Of a stretch of 64,000 nucleotides of DNA, positions 22,831 to 35,222 are shown piece by piece; position 1 is the first letter of the stretch, and every line of letters starts with the position of its first letter. Origin of the DNA: Chrysemys picta bellii (taxonomy: Eukaryota); the NCBI RefSeq assembly GCF_011386835.1, contig NC_088805.1, positions 28,644,001 through 28,708,000 on the forward strand, given 5' to 3'. Position numbers and translations under genes: made by a program. The notes under the pieces were generated by a model, which made no database searches, was not told the origin of the DNA, and saw only the letters and a list, made by a program, of their open reading frames with translations.

Positions 22831-25646
22831 GTTCAGATTGACGATCTACATACACAACAAGCTGTTTTTGCATAGAACTCTCATAACAAGGGACACCTGA
22901 TTTGACCTTCCTCATAAATATAAGGGGGAAAAGAAGACAGCAAGTTCTCTTTTCTTCCCCGCCCACCTCTAGTCTTTCTTTCTTTATTCTTCTACAGGCC
23001 TTCTTTATACATCACAAAAAAAGAAGAGGGGGCAAAAAAGAGAGTGCAAAACTATGATTTTTCTCTCCTTCACAATTTGCATTTAACATTTGGAGACCTC
23101 CATTGCAGTGTTCCTAGTCTTAAAAAACACACACACCTTTGTTTTACTCTGACGATTTAGATTGAAATAACTGAATTCTCATCCTGGATTTGATCACATG
23201 TTCAAAATAATAAAACCACCCCGATGCAATTCAGATTCTGCTCCCTTTGAGATGAGACGCTGAGGTGGTCATATCATTGGTGGTTAACAAAGTTTTGATA
23301 CTGGGAAGGATCAACAGAGATAGGAGAGTTTAACCATTTAGCCAGTCAATTATAATAATATTTCTGCTTCCAAATGTTTAAAAAGTTGGCTTCATAAGGT
23401 ATAATCATGGCACAGAGGCCAGTCTGACAATAGTAATTAATTAGGCTATTATGCATTCTACAGTGATAATTGCTTTGCTGGAAAGTCACCAGCCATGAAA
23501 AAGACCCGGCACATAAATGTAATTCATCAATCCAAGTTGTTCCAGCACAGTTGCGTTTTCTCACCTGGAGTCAGTGTACACTGTGGAAGGAAACAAAAAA
23601 GAAATTAATGTTACATCGATATATAATAGCTGAGTGCTTGCCATACCTCGGCTCATTGGAGGATTTTGCAGGGGCGAGGGAAAACAGCAGTTAAATGAAG
23701 GTTTAGCATCTCAAATGGCCATCTCTGTGATCTCGTGGCTGGCAGCAGGCATTTCAGCTCCTCTCCCATTACTGCTTGCAATCAGGAGGGTGGGAAAACC
23801 AGCTACGCTGATAGGTTGCCCATGAAACACCACACAAAGGAGCTGGGAGTTTGCATCTGAGTGAAATGTATCTAACTGGCAGCGATGTTCTGATAGGATT
23901 ATACCCATGTGGACAGTGCCTCCTTACAGGCATTGAGACTCGGGTCGGGGAAAGAGATCTCAGAAGAATACAGCGTTGCAAGGTTCTGGGTGGATTTGGA
24001 CCTTTGTTTTGGAGCATTTGCTGTTTGGGTGGATTTCACCTCTGGGCAGAGGGCCCAGCACCAGGTCTAGGTGCCACCCCACAATAAGTCATAAGTGGTA
24101 CCTAAGCCTGGTGCTGGTCCCTCTGCCCAGGTGCAAATTCCATCCAGTGAACAGAGAGCACATTTGTAAATAATTCCACATCTGATCTGGGATGTGCTTG
24201 CGTGTGAGCTTCCTTGTTGCTTCCTCCTTTTTTCCTTGTCTTAAAGTGGGGTGTCGAATTAAAAACGATCTCCTTTTGAAAAGCACGTTCCCTGCCTTGG
24301 GTGATTAACGCAAAGTTAATCTAAGTAGCTTTCCCCCTTTTGTGCAGTTGGTTCACTCTTTGCCCTTCATTCCGCTGGAGCTATGAAATTCACTGGTCAG
24401 TTTCACTTTTTGTTTCTAGTCAGTTTCTCCTCCCTCTCCTGCTCCAAGCAACCTGAAGCAGAGTCTGGGAGGTAGATACCGTGAACTGCAAATGTTGGTA
24501 TAAATCCAAGCCCAAACCCTTCTATTTTCACTCACCTTTCTTGTTTTTAAATGCATGTGAATATTTGTATTGCTTTCACAATTTTTAAAACCTTTCTTTC
24601 TTGCTTTAAGACAAACCCTACATCTTGGATCTAAATTATCACTTGACTAGGTATCAAACCCCAAAATATTTTAAACAGGCTGGGGAAGGAAATCGAACCC
24701 AGCCACTCACATAGTATAAAATGTCTCTATACTGTGATATATTTTTCACACAACAAAGTGATTTGAAATTAGATCCGATGGGCCAATTTCCACCCTGCGG
24801 TAAGAAGGGCATAACTGATTAACTAAATGGAGTGGCACAGGTGTATAACAGGGCTGAATTAGGCTGTATTTCTCTCCCCATCCACACAAACATTCTTGCT
24901 GTCTTTTCACCTGGAGAAGGACAGCCGGCCACATTGTGCCGTTGGGTTTTATTCAGAACTCCCCGCTGGTTTCAAAGGGGAATCTTATTTAAAAGCCAGC
25001 TGTATTCTATAGGTCAGTACCACTCGTGTGGGTGGAAGAGTTCCTTGGGGAAACTCAGACTTCGGTGCAGTTCAGCCCATGCTATTGACCCATGTAGGAA
25101 AGGAGTCTTGGACAGGATAGTACCCTGTATGTAAAGCCCAGCCCAAGGGGCAGCCTTGAAAAAGGAAGAGTGCTCTGATTAGTCAGGGTTGGTTGATTAG
25201 TCACGAACTGCTCAGTTTCAGTTACAGTGTGACATTTCACTTTTTTTTTTTTTTTAGAACTCAGGTAAAATACCAACCTCCAGCCCGTCACGTCATTTCC
25301 CAGCAAATGTAATATTTAATCCCCAGGACTGGCCTAGCAGAGCTGTGTCAGGCAATTAAACAGCCTCTGTGGGTCCTCGCTCACTTGACGACTTGTGTCT
25401 TGCCCACACGTGCTCCTTACGCTCTTGCTAAGGGTGGGCGGAAGGTTCTCAAATGGAATCGGGGCTGTGCAGATAAAATCAGAGAGGGAATTTCTTCCCT
25501 GTCGGGTACATTGCCATGAGTGGGGTTTTCATAAGCGCTCAGCATTGGCCTACCTTTGCGCCCAGTGGGAATTTACCACTGACTCCATTGGGAGCAGAGT
25601 AAGGCCAATGATGAGAGTGTTTGAAAATCAAATCCTAATAAATAGA

Positions 25647-25718
25647 GGGCCTGATCTTGCTCCCATTGAAATTAATGGCAAAACTTCTATTGACTTAACT
25701 GGGAGCAGGAGCAAACCC
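25647..25718. mobile_element. Short hairpin MITE-like element
   Basis: gggcctgatcttgctcccattgaa..tattgacttaactgggagcagga..aaccc inverted arms. Confidence 0.7.
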
Positions 25719-27425
25719 CACTGACCAAACTTCCACCCCACCCCAGAGCAGTGGGGCTAAATGTTCATAATTAACCAGGAAGTTACCGTGTTTCATATTT
25801 TGTGGCGTTGAGAAACTAGAAGAATTGTCTCCACTCAGCCACGGGCCTGATCCAATGTGCAGTGAAGTCTGATGGGTGCTGGAGGTCGGTTTCACTTTCT
25901 AGTTGTGATGTATAAGCCCTGTCGTCTTTTGCTGGGGTTTCTGGTACCACTGGGAAATATTCAACTCTAAAACTTTCACTGAGATTTTTTTCCAGTCATG
26001 AAAACAATTCAGTTCTGGTTTTGTAAAAGCTGATTTGTTTAAAAAAAAAACCTAGGCCAAAAAACTCAACACCATCCCTTGGAAGTTTTTTTCAGTGTAT
26101 TTATTTCATTTGCTGATCCTCAAAACTAACAGTTCCTAGCAATGTATTTTCTAGAATAGTTTAAGGTGGCCCATCTGCAGGAGGGAAAAATACACTCGGA
26201 GTGTCTCCAGAATGATTTTATTCTCGCCTTAAAAACTCAAGCGATTGGCTGATATTTAGGTGGATTATCTCTATCCGGAAAAGGTCATTTAAATTTTTTT
26301 TAGCTGACATTTCCTGAAAGAGCAGAGCCAACTACTGGCTGAAAATACTGCGGATGGTAAAACGGGAGTAGCGTGTCTGAGCGCACCTGTCACATCATTC
26401 CGGTGTGTTTCACCAGGGCGCTCTCAGCTCCTGCGTTAACCCTTTGTAAAAGCACCCTTCCCGTAAAACGGGACTGAATTGGTGTCCTCGCCGCGTGGCT
26501 GTGATGCGTTATTTCCTGTATCCCATGTTTTAGTCTGAGGATTGTCCTTCAGCAGCTTCATTAACATCGGTGGAATGGGCACCTCACTGACCACATTATC
26601 TCCACTGTGGGCTTTGTCTCGTGAGTCCTGTTCAGCTCGGGGCTTCCCTGTGGTGGGAGCTGGGCTTGGCTGGCACCACAGCCCCGCTTCAGTGCTGGGG
26701 AGAGGCTCAGGCATAAAAGTCAGACTGGCGTGATGATCACCCTGCTGATGATTAAACTGCTCACCTTTGAACGGAGTCACTCTTGGGTTTCCATTGCTTT
26801 GTGGCAAACGTGACCTCCCAGTGCCCTCCAGGAAAAGATTGCAATAGGGTTGGAATCAAGAGGGTTCTATAAAATGTAACAAGCTTCCATAGAAACGATA
26901 GCAAAACCTATGAGATGTCATCCCGACCCCACTGAAGTCAACGGCAAAACTTCCCATGAAAGCATTTCACCCATCAAATTTAAGCCAATGATGTCCTTTC
27001 TGTGGATTGTTGGAACCAGCCCTGTGGAATTCTGTAACAAGGAAAGAATTCTCGGTTAATTTCTGTGGGAAGCTTTCTAACCCTATAGAAAGGCCTGCCT
27101 TTCTTACTGTTGGCCTTTTTCATAAGGGTTAAGGTTTATTTAAAGTGTGGATGCAAAGTCTTTTGTATATTTCTAAGGTGATTAATCTCCGATAATACAT
27201 TGAAAAATTGATTTGAAAGTTTAAAGTGCTTTGAAGATGAAAAGCGTTGTAGAAACACTAAGTGTTAATATTATTTATGACTGTGTTTTAACAAAGGCAG
27301 TACAGTGTTTCAGAACGCCCGCTGTAGTAATATTTAGCATTTGAGATTTTTGTCTGAGCATGTCCATTTACTCTCTTAATTCTGCTTGTCACCCTATCCC
27401 TGGCTTTTACCTTCCTGTCCCAGGC

Positions 27426-27665
27426 AGGCAGATTGTCTAGTCCATAAGGCGTGACCTGGGACTCAGGATCTGTGGCTTTAATACTCGGCTGAGCTACCGA
27501 CTTCCTGTGTGACCTTTGCCAGGTTGTATAATCTACCCTGGGCCTTGGTTCCAGTCTCTGTAATGGGGAGGGATTCTGCCCTCCTTCACAGGGAGGCTGT
27601 GGGGATAAAATCCACTAGTGACTCTGAGGTTGCTCAAATATCATAGTGAAGAGGGCTAGATAGAG
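27426..27665 (+). mobile_element. CORE/MIR-like SINE
   Basis: ctgggactcaggatctg..cttcctgtgtgacctttg..ctgtaatgggg..cctccttcacaggg..ggataaa. Confidence 0.7.
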
Positions 27666-28043
27666 TTCCTCTTAAAAAAACCCAAAACTTCTATTACCCT
27701 TTTACACTTTAACTGCATGGGTTTGTGTGTGTGCGCGCCGAGGTGCATGTGGGGGTACTTAATGATTTTGTTCATTCATAGAAAAAAGAACCAAGTTCAG
27801 TACTGGAAGTATGACCCTCTATTGTGTCTGAATTTTAACATGTCTTTTACACAGAAATACATACTTTTGGTTTCTGACTAGAATGAACATTTCTCTGTTT
27901 TCTATTTGAATATTACAGATTTTATGAAACCCCAAAACCATTTAAAAATGGAAAAAAAATATTGAAGCCCCTTGAGCTCTTGACTTGATATAGATCTCAA
28001 AGTGATTTCCGTAAGCAGGGAGGCAGAGTTAGCCACACGTTGC

Positions 28044-28142
28044 GGAGGGGGAAATTGAGGCACAGAGGAATGAAATGATTTGCTCAGTGAGTCAATGGCA
28101 GAGCTGGGACCAGAATTCAGGTCTCCTGAATCCCAGTCCAGC
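28044..28142 (-). mobile_element. CORE/MIR-like SINE fragment
   Basis: gggggaaattgaggcacagagg..gagtcaatggcagagctgggaccagaattcaggtctcctgaatcccagtcc. Confidence 0.75.
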
Positions 28143-31100
28143 CCCAGTGGGCCCGCGTGACAAACATAAAACCCAAGGAGAATCCAGGATTCTGTACAAT
28201 TTCTGCTCTTTCCTAATTCATTGCTCCATGGGATGAGTTCATGGCGCTTTTTGCACAAGTTGTAGGGTCAACACTAAATAGTTCTCGTCTCAGCCCGTGA
28301 TACAAGGCGATGCTTTTATAAAGTAAAAATTGGGCTGCCATAACACTTCCAATAAAAGTCAACGCCAATGATTGTTTCCTCTCCAGTGAGAACCCTCTAC
28401 CTATTTGAATGGAAAGTTACATGTCACTGACATGGGTCATAAGGTTGAAAGGTGGGTGCTTCATGCTTAGGCACCTATGTTCATGAGGCATCAGGACAAG
28501 TGGCCTATTTTCCACTTCAGCTGCACGTGCTCAACACCTTTGATAAGCAGGCCACTTCTAGGGAGTAGCTAGGACCCAACCTGTGCCCACCGAAATTAAT
28601 GGAAACTTTCCATTGACTTCAGTAGATGCCTTTGGGCCCTTAGTATGTATTTAGGTGGCTACTTGTAGGCACCCAAGTTTGAAAATGTTGGCCTTGAGCC
28701 ATCGTGCCCTTTTGTTGTGCTAGCGATGGCTAATGAATGTCAGTAACCCAGTTCTCTGGTTCTTGGCTGATAAAACTACTGCACTAGAACGGTGAGTCTC
28801 CGGGAAGGCAAAGTCTGCGTTCATCGTAACGTATAGGCTAGAGATGGAAAAGGGCTCCATAGGGATATTGTATTCTAGTGCAGAAGCATTGCAGTAGCCT
28901 CTCCTACTGTAAAAAGGAGGAGCCTTAAATCAGGGCTTCTAAAACCACCTAGAGATGATGTGCAGCTGGTAATGCAGAGAACGGAACTTTGTCCAGTTAA
29001 AATGCACACACAGCTCTGATAGTTTTCCGCTTGCGTTACTGGCCTATTGCCGCTGTGTTTGTGGTTTTCTCTTTTAAACCCCCTGAAGCTGAATTTGTTT
29101 GTGAAATGCTAAAGAAAGCCCCCAAATTTCGAAGATGCTGGAAGCACTAGAATGAGAAAGTGGGTCTGTGTATTAGATGCTAAAAAAAGCCATGGCTTAT
29201 GCAATTTTAACAATAGAAAAATGATCTTTGTGCTCTAGTGACTGTGAGCGTGGAGGGGGAACGTGGTTTGCTCAGGTGGCTGGTGAATTACAAATGAGTG
29301 GTTTGCTTTTGTTTTGAATGACAACAAGCAATTTAAATTCACTCTTGTGTGGAGGTTGGAAGCTTTTCTAGCAATGGGAAGAATCCCTGTCCTCCCCGCC
29401 CCCTCTCCCCCCCCAAAAAACCCCTCTCACCCCTTTAGATTGGTGAGATTGCGGCGCTGTCACTGTGCTGCGGCTGGAAGTTAGGACTTGGTTCGATAAT
29501 TATCAAATCCGTGATCGGTGTAACTGATGATTACGCCATTGCTCATACCACTTCTGCCAGTTAGGACCAGTTCAGTTGTAGCTTCAAATAGGACATGGTT
29601 CTCTTTCTAGAGGCGCACAAGACCACTGCTCTTCCTTGGGTGGAAGGTGATGATTAATACAGACAAGCTGCTCATTGTCTTATTTTTAGCTCTGGAGTTA
29701 TTGCAAATGTTAGAGTACAATATATCTGATGGGTTTTTCCCTGAGATCAGCCTGGCTTCCTGGTGAGATTTCAGGGTAACTCTTGCCGAGGATAAATTAA
29801 CACAGGGCAATGTTTTTTGATCCTTGACTTTTTCTGGAATAAATGGAATTCCGTTACAATAGTGCGGTTGGTCCAGGGGCTTTATCATAACCCTGAGCAC
29901 TTACGGAATCAATGCTCTACACTTTCAGAGCACGGAATGAACATTCAATAGCGAATCTGTCCAGTGCCCCCATGAGGATGGGGAAAAGGAGCCACCGGGA
30001 GGTCAAAGCCAAAGTTTTCCAATGTGGCTGTCTAAAGTCAGACAACGAAATCCATGGTTAGGCGCTGAGCTGGGACATGGGACATCCAAAGCCTGTTCCA
30101 AGCTTTGGCGCAGACTTCCTGGGGGTCTTGGCAAGTCACTGCGGCCTCAGTTCAGCAAAGCACTTCAGAATGGGCTTAAGGCCCAGACCCCAAAAGGGCG
30201 TCTAGGATTCCTATCTTCCAGGAAGCTAGATTCTAAATCCCGTCGTGAATCTAACCTCTCTGTGCCTCAGTCTTCCCCATAAGTGAAACGGGAGTAATAA
30301 TACTTTCCTACTCGAGGATAAATGCTTTAATATCCGTGAGGCTCTCGGGTATTCCTGCAGTGAGCACCCTAGAAAGCCCTATACGCTATAGCCCAATCAG
30401 TGCGTTCTGCTGTTATCGGACGGGCTAAGTACCCTGGGCCACTTCCTTTTACTTGCCTACCTGCCACTTAAATCTGACCTACGCGGCCCAGGAACTGGCC
30501 CCAGACCTTGCCGGCCAGTCATGGAGGAGAGAGAATTAGAACCCTGCAATTCCAGGCTCCCAGCCTGGTTCTCAGCTCGCTAAACCAGGCAGCCTGCACT
30601 GACCTGGCGCTTCAGCAACCCAAGCTGGAGTATGTGGCTAGACAGACGCCATCCCAGTCTCACTCGCCGCTCTGGGTTCAGCCCTTTCCCCTAACTTCTG
30701 TTACGAATTCAGGGCCTGCTCCCCCAATGACAGCACGTGGGCGGATTGCCATGGCTACTCAGTGCCCCGGCGAGGTCAGGGGGGGTTGCCTAGAGGCTCA
30801 GCTGGATGCAGGAGCGGAGACTTAGCGCTCGGGAAAGAGTCAGGTGATCGTTGATTATCCAATTCCAAGCAGGGCTGATGCAGACTTCCTCCCCACAGCC
30901 TTCAGAGACCCGCTCCGTCCTTAGACTCTGTGCTGAGACTCAGTTCAATCTCCTTGGCAGCTCGTGCTTGGGGTGAAATCCACGCGGTAGCACAGAGACG
31001 CTCTTTGGAAGGGGATGTTTGCCTGTCCCGGGTTCCCTAATTTGAACCTCTTTTTTCCCCCGTCTATCCAAGCGCTGGAAGGCGACGGATCATGTTCTCC

Positions 31101-31852
31101 GGCATCAGCAAATCCATCAGGGATGAACGTGAACGTTCTGAACCAAGTCACTTTGATCCAGATTCTCCAGGCTGTTTAGGTACCTAACTCCCACTGAGTT
31201 TGATGGAAGTTAAAAACCTTTAGACGGCCAGGACCTTAGTGAACAAAGAGCTCTATCAGGTGGGGCGGGTGGAAAAACCACCAGGATTGTGTAGGCAAAT
31301 GCTGAAAAATTCACTGGAGTAAAAGATTCATGCTCATCAATGTTGAATGGGGATATTGTGGCAGGACTAATGTATTGGTCTGTTGTTAGCCATGCAACGC
31401 TTCTGAATGGCGCAGTGGGAGTCTGGCCGCAGCCCCTCGGGGAGGTCGCACGCCCTGATGGGAAGGCCCCCGGGTTTGTGAGGACTGAAGGCAAAGGGAG
31501 GGGGAGACTGGGGTCTCAGCCATCCCACCCTGACCTGAAGATGTCAGCATGGCCGAGGCTTTTCGGGGGGGGGTGTTGTTGGACCCAGCTCAGCAACCTG
31601 CCATTTAAATAAAAGGTGAAATGCTTATTTCTTATTTAAGCTCCAGCATTAAATTATAATTTTCATTTACTCAAAGCGCATCAATGATTTATCTTGGCGT
31701 GACATTACTGTAGTGTTAGGAATTTAGCCAAAGGCAAAGGACGCAGGGTGTGGGTCCTGCACCAGGCGTAAACTAGTTACTTTGTTTAATTTCATGGATC
31801 CTTTTGACAACCTCCTCCCGCCTCACTGCCATGTGGGCACCTGGGAACTCCT

Positions 31853-31870
31853 GCCCTCCAGGGGGCAGCA
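31853..31870 (+). promoter_or_regulatory. CTCF core motif (candidate)
   Basis: GCCCTCCAGGGGGCAGCA, a near-consensus CTCF site. Confidence 0.65.
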
Positions 31871-31974
31871 GAGATGTATGGGGTGTAAATGGGACAGTGG
31901 CTACAGAACCTCAGCCAGATAAACTTGTTCTGACCTCCTGACATTTCTCTTCCTGCTAACGCTGTCGTGGTCGT

Positions 31975-32090
31975 TGTTATATTTATATTACAATAGCGCA
32001 CAGAGTCGCAATCTCTGGTGGGGCTTGATTGCCCTTGGCACTGGACAGACGAATAGAGATGATTCTGCCCCTGTCTACAATCTAAATAGA
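31975..32090 (-). mobile_element. L2-like LINE 3' terminal fragment
   Basis: tatttatattacaatagcgc..ctgcccctgtctacaatctaaatag. Confidence 0.55.
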
Positions 32091-32107
32091 TTGGACAAGC
32101 AGCGGCA

Positions 32108-32255
32108 GTATTGTCCTCCTCATTCCTGTCTTGCAGTTGGATAAACAGGCACAGAAAGAAGAAGTGACTTGACCAAGGTCACACAGTGAGTCTGTAGCAG
32201 AGCCAAGGGTTGACCCCCAGGTCTCTCGAATCCCAGTGCAGTGTTGTGCCTTAAC
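32108..32255 (-). mobile_element. CORE/MIR-like SINE
   Basis: aagtgacttgaccaaggtcacacagtgagtctgtagcagagcc..ggtctctcgaatcccagtgc. Confidence 0.8.
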
Positions 32256-32829
32256 TGCAAAGCTGTGTTTCCTGTCTTGCCCATGTCTGCTCTCTGTGGG
32301 GCTCCCCCGGAGCCCTCTCTTGGATTTCTGGGCTCCAAATTAAAATAACTGCCCAGCGCGTGGAAGGTCCAGCTCTAACGATGGGATGTAACGTAACAGA
32401 CAACGCCTGGGAATGGAAGCACAGCTGCTTGCATCTGGCAGGATTTCAGGGCCATGGAGAAGAGTGAGGTAAACGCCTTGTGACTGGCCAACCGTATCTT
32501 TCTTCCTTAACAGCGGGTGTTTTTCCTCCCGAAGGGGAGGGACGGATTCATGCACAGAGGCAGTGTGGTGCTGCTTAACGCTGACTGCGAAGCATGTACT
32601 GAAGCGAGGTGAGCGCACTGGCTGGCCTCTGTTCGTCAGCTGGCCTCTCTGCCAGCCCACGTCGGCAGGGTTGGCTAGCCTGGGGCTGTTGGAGCCGTTT
32701 CTGTAGAGCACGCTACAGGGGCTCCACATGTGTAACATTGGGGGGGTAAGGAATATGCTCCAGTCAGGGCTAGCACTAAGCCACCTTCGGTTAGAAGCAA
32801 ATAAAGCCGACTGAGCTGCATAATTTGCT

Positions 32830-33035
32830 GGTCCAGTGGATACGGCACTGGACTGGGAGTCGGGAAACCTGGCTTTTCTTCTTGGTTCTGCCACTGACTC
32901 ATTGTGTGACCTTGGACAACTCACCTGAGCTCTCTCTGCCCCCTATCTGTAACAAGGGAGGAATGATACCGGTCGTCTCTTGTAGAGCCCTGTGAGACCT
33001 GCAGCTGAACAGTGCTGGAGAGCAGCTGACTATGA
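32830..33035 (+). mobile_element. CORE/MIR-like SINE
   Basis: ccagtggatacggcactggactgggagtcgggaaacctgg..ctgccactgactcattgtgtgaccttggacaa. Confidence 0.8.
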
Positions 33036-33330
33036 GTTGTGATCTATGAGACTATGAGTTTAATGATCGCTTGGGCTTTCCTGATCACTTGCGGGTTGAG
33101 TGGCAGCTGGGAAGGTGAGCTGAAATGCGCTACCTGTCCCCAGTGAAATGTCACTGACAGCTTTCACTAGGGTGAGGCATTAGAGGGAGGCACTGACAGG
33201 CTGGCTTTGCTTGGAGGTGCCTGGTGCTGATGTCCTACCAGGTTCTTCTAAGTGGGATTCTTTGTGCCATTACCTCTGCAGCGAGGGTGCCTGCGTGGAG
33301 AGCCTGGTAGGTACCAGCGAGAGTTTTGCG

Positions 33331-33588
33331 TCTTTCATAACACAAGAACCCGCCAATGAAATGAATAGGCAGCGGGTATAAAACAAACAAAAGGAAGTAC
33401 TTCTTCACACAGCACCCTGTTAACCTGTGGAACTCCTTGCCAAGGGATGTTGTGAAGGCCAAAACTATAATTCAATTAAAAAAGAATGAGAAGTTCATGG
33501 AGGATAGGTGCATCAGTGGCTATTAGCCAAGATGATCAGGGATGCGATCCTGTGCTTTGAGTGTCCCTAGCCTCTGATTGCTTGAAAG
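33331..33588 (+). mobile_element. CR1 LINE fragment (ORF2 end and start of 3' UTR)
   Basis: cataacacaagaac..aatgaaatgaataggcagcgg..aaacaaacaaaaggaagtacttcttcacac..acctgtggaactccttgcc..gtgtccctagcctctg; same subfamily as 18541-18838. Confidence 0.9.
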
Positions 33589-33887
33589 TCCCGTTACCTT
33601 CAACTATCAGAAAGCAAAGACAGACCCCGATGGGAGGGATGTGCAGAGCACTGACACATGGCGAGGCCATCTTCCAAGGCAGTCAGTTGCTCTGATGGAT
33701 GGAAGAAGGATCTGAAAGCAGGGGAGACATTGGGTCTGTTCCCAAATGTGCCAACTCCCAGCGTGACCTCACGCAAAGTGTGTGCCTGCTCTGTGTATCT
33801 ACTTAGACAGCCCCAGCACCTCCCGAATGTTAATACCTTTAACCTCACAGCACCCCGAGGGGCAGGGCAGGGCAGTTGAGGAGCCAA

Positions 33888-33967
33888 GGCACAGATCTTC
33901 AGAGGTAGTTAGGCTCCTAACATCCATTGATTTCAATGGAGTCTTAATTCCTCCCAGGATCTGGGCC
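33888..33967. mobile_element. Short hairpin MITE-like element
   Basis: ggcacagatctt..ccattgatttcaatgg..ggatctgggcc. Confidence 0.7.
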
Positions 33968-35143
33968 AGAGAGGCTAAGTGACTTTGTGGTCTCAGGGGA
34001 AGTCAGTGGCAGAGCCCGTTCCCCACTTTCCTATCTGTACTACAGGGATAATAACAGTTCAGTTAAATGTTCTCCCGCGTTTGATGAAAGGGGCTAGACA
34101 CATATCCAGTAGCATTATTATTCATTCTGATGAGCCCTTATCCCTGGGCTTTTTATAAAGTGCCCATAAGGCCCTTCCTTGGAAATATCACTTCCAGTGT
34201 TCACGTGCGAATATGCCAGTCCCATTTTCAACTCCGGTCAACTAGACAAACCACGTAATAGAACTAGACCTTGCGAAGAGCTCAGCAGAGGGGCAGCACG
34301 TGTGGACGTGGCTGCATCTTCGGGGTTGCCATTAAATAAGAAAGTTCGAAGATCATGGGAGTTGGCAAAACATATAGAGGCAAAAAGCAAACAAGTTGGT
34401 GGAACAGGTTTGTGTGCTGTAATTTGACCTGCAGGACCTGGGAAATACACCCCAGGTTCTCCTTGTCTCTGTGGAATCTAAACCCTGCACAGGTCAGTTA
34501 GGTCAGCAACGCAAGAGCCGTTGTAAACTTCGTAGAATCTTTTTCTCTTGGCACTTCTCTGGTCATAAGGACCTCGGTTTGGAGTTCAATTCCTTCCCCC
34601 ACCCCAGGTCCCTGTCAGACCCCTGTAGTTATGGCGGAAACAACTTGATCAAAGAGCATCCTGCAGCATGCCTTAGAGGCGCTCCGACTCTGCGTTGCTC
34701 TATTATGATCTTAAAGTCAGCGGTGACCTCTGCTAAAAATAATTCCTAGAGTGAGCCAGAAACCCCCCAGCAATCATAACTTATGATCAGAAGCGGCACC
34801 AAGCAATAAAATAAAGGGTCAAAGGCTGTTAAGTGTTAGTCTTGTTTACTGGTTCGAGAACAGACCCAGCAGCTTTGCAGTGACTGGAGTTGCACAAGCC
34901 CCGCGGGGCGAGGCGAATGTAGGTGGTAATTATTAATTCTTTGGAGCGGGGCACGAATTCTGAGCTCAGTTACACTCGTGCCAATCTGGAGTATCCCTGC
35001 TGCAATCCAGGCATGTGCCTGATGGGAGTGCTCCAGATTCAGGCCGGCCTAGCTGAGCCCAGAGCCTGGCCTTCACGGGTTTCTTCTCTTCTTTGAAGCC
35101 CTGGTTTCGCATTTCCTCACTTGGTATTTTTATTTCCCCTCAG

Positions 35144-35222
35144 GTGATTGCACTTAGTAAAAGAAGCAAGGAGGCTGAGACGGCTTTCCTCAGTGTTTAC
35201 AAGCAATTAATTGGAGCACCAG
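35144..35222 (+). CDS. CUX2: CUX2 coding exon 4 ([26 protein letters not shown])
   Basis: tttcccctcag|GTG ... CCAG|gtaagg; 79 nt, phase 0/1. Confidence 0.96.

Noticed and set aside
34281-34298. CTCF-like CAGCAGAGGGGCAGC
   Set aside because: An extra G breaks the core spacing.
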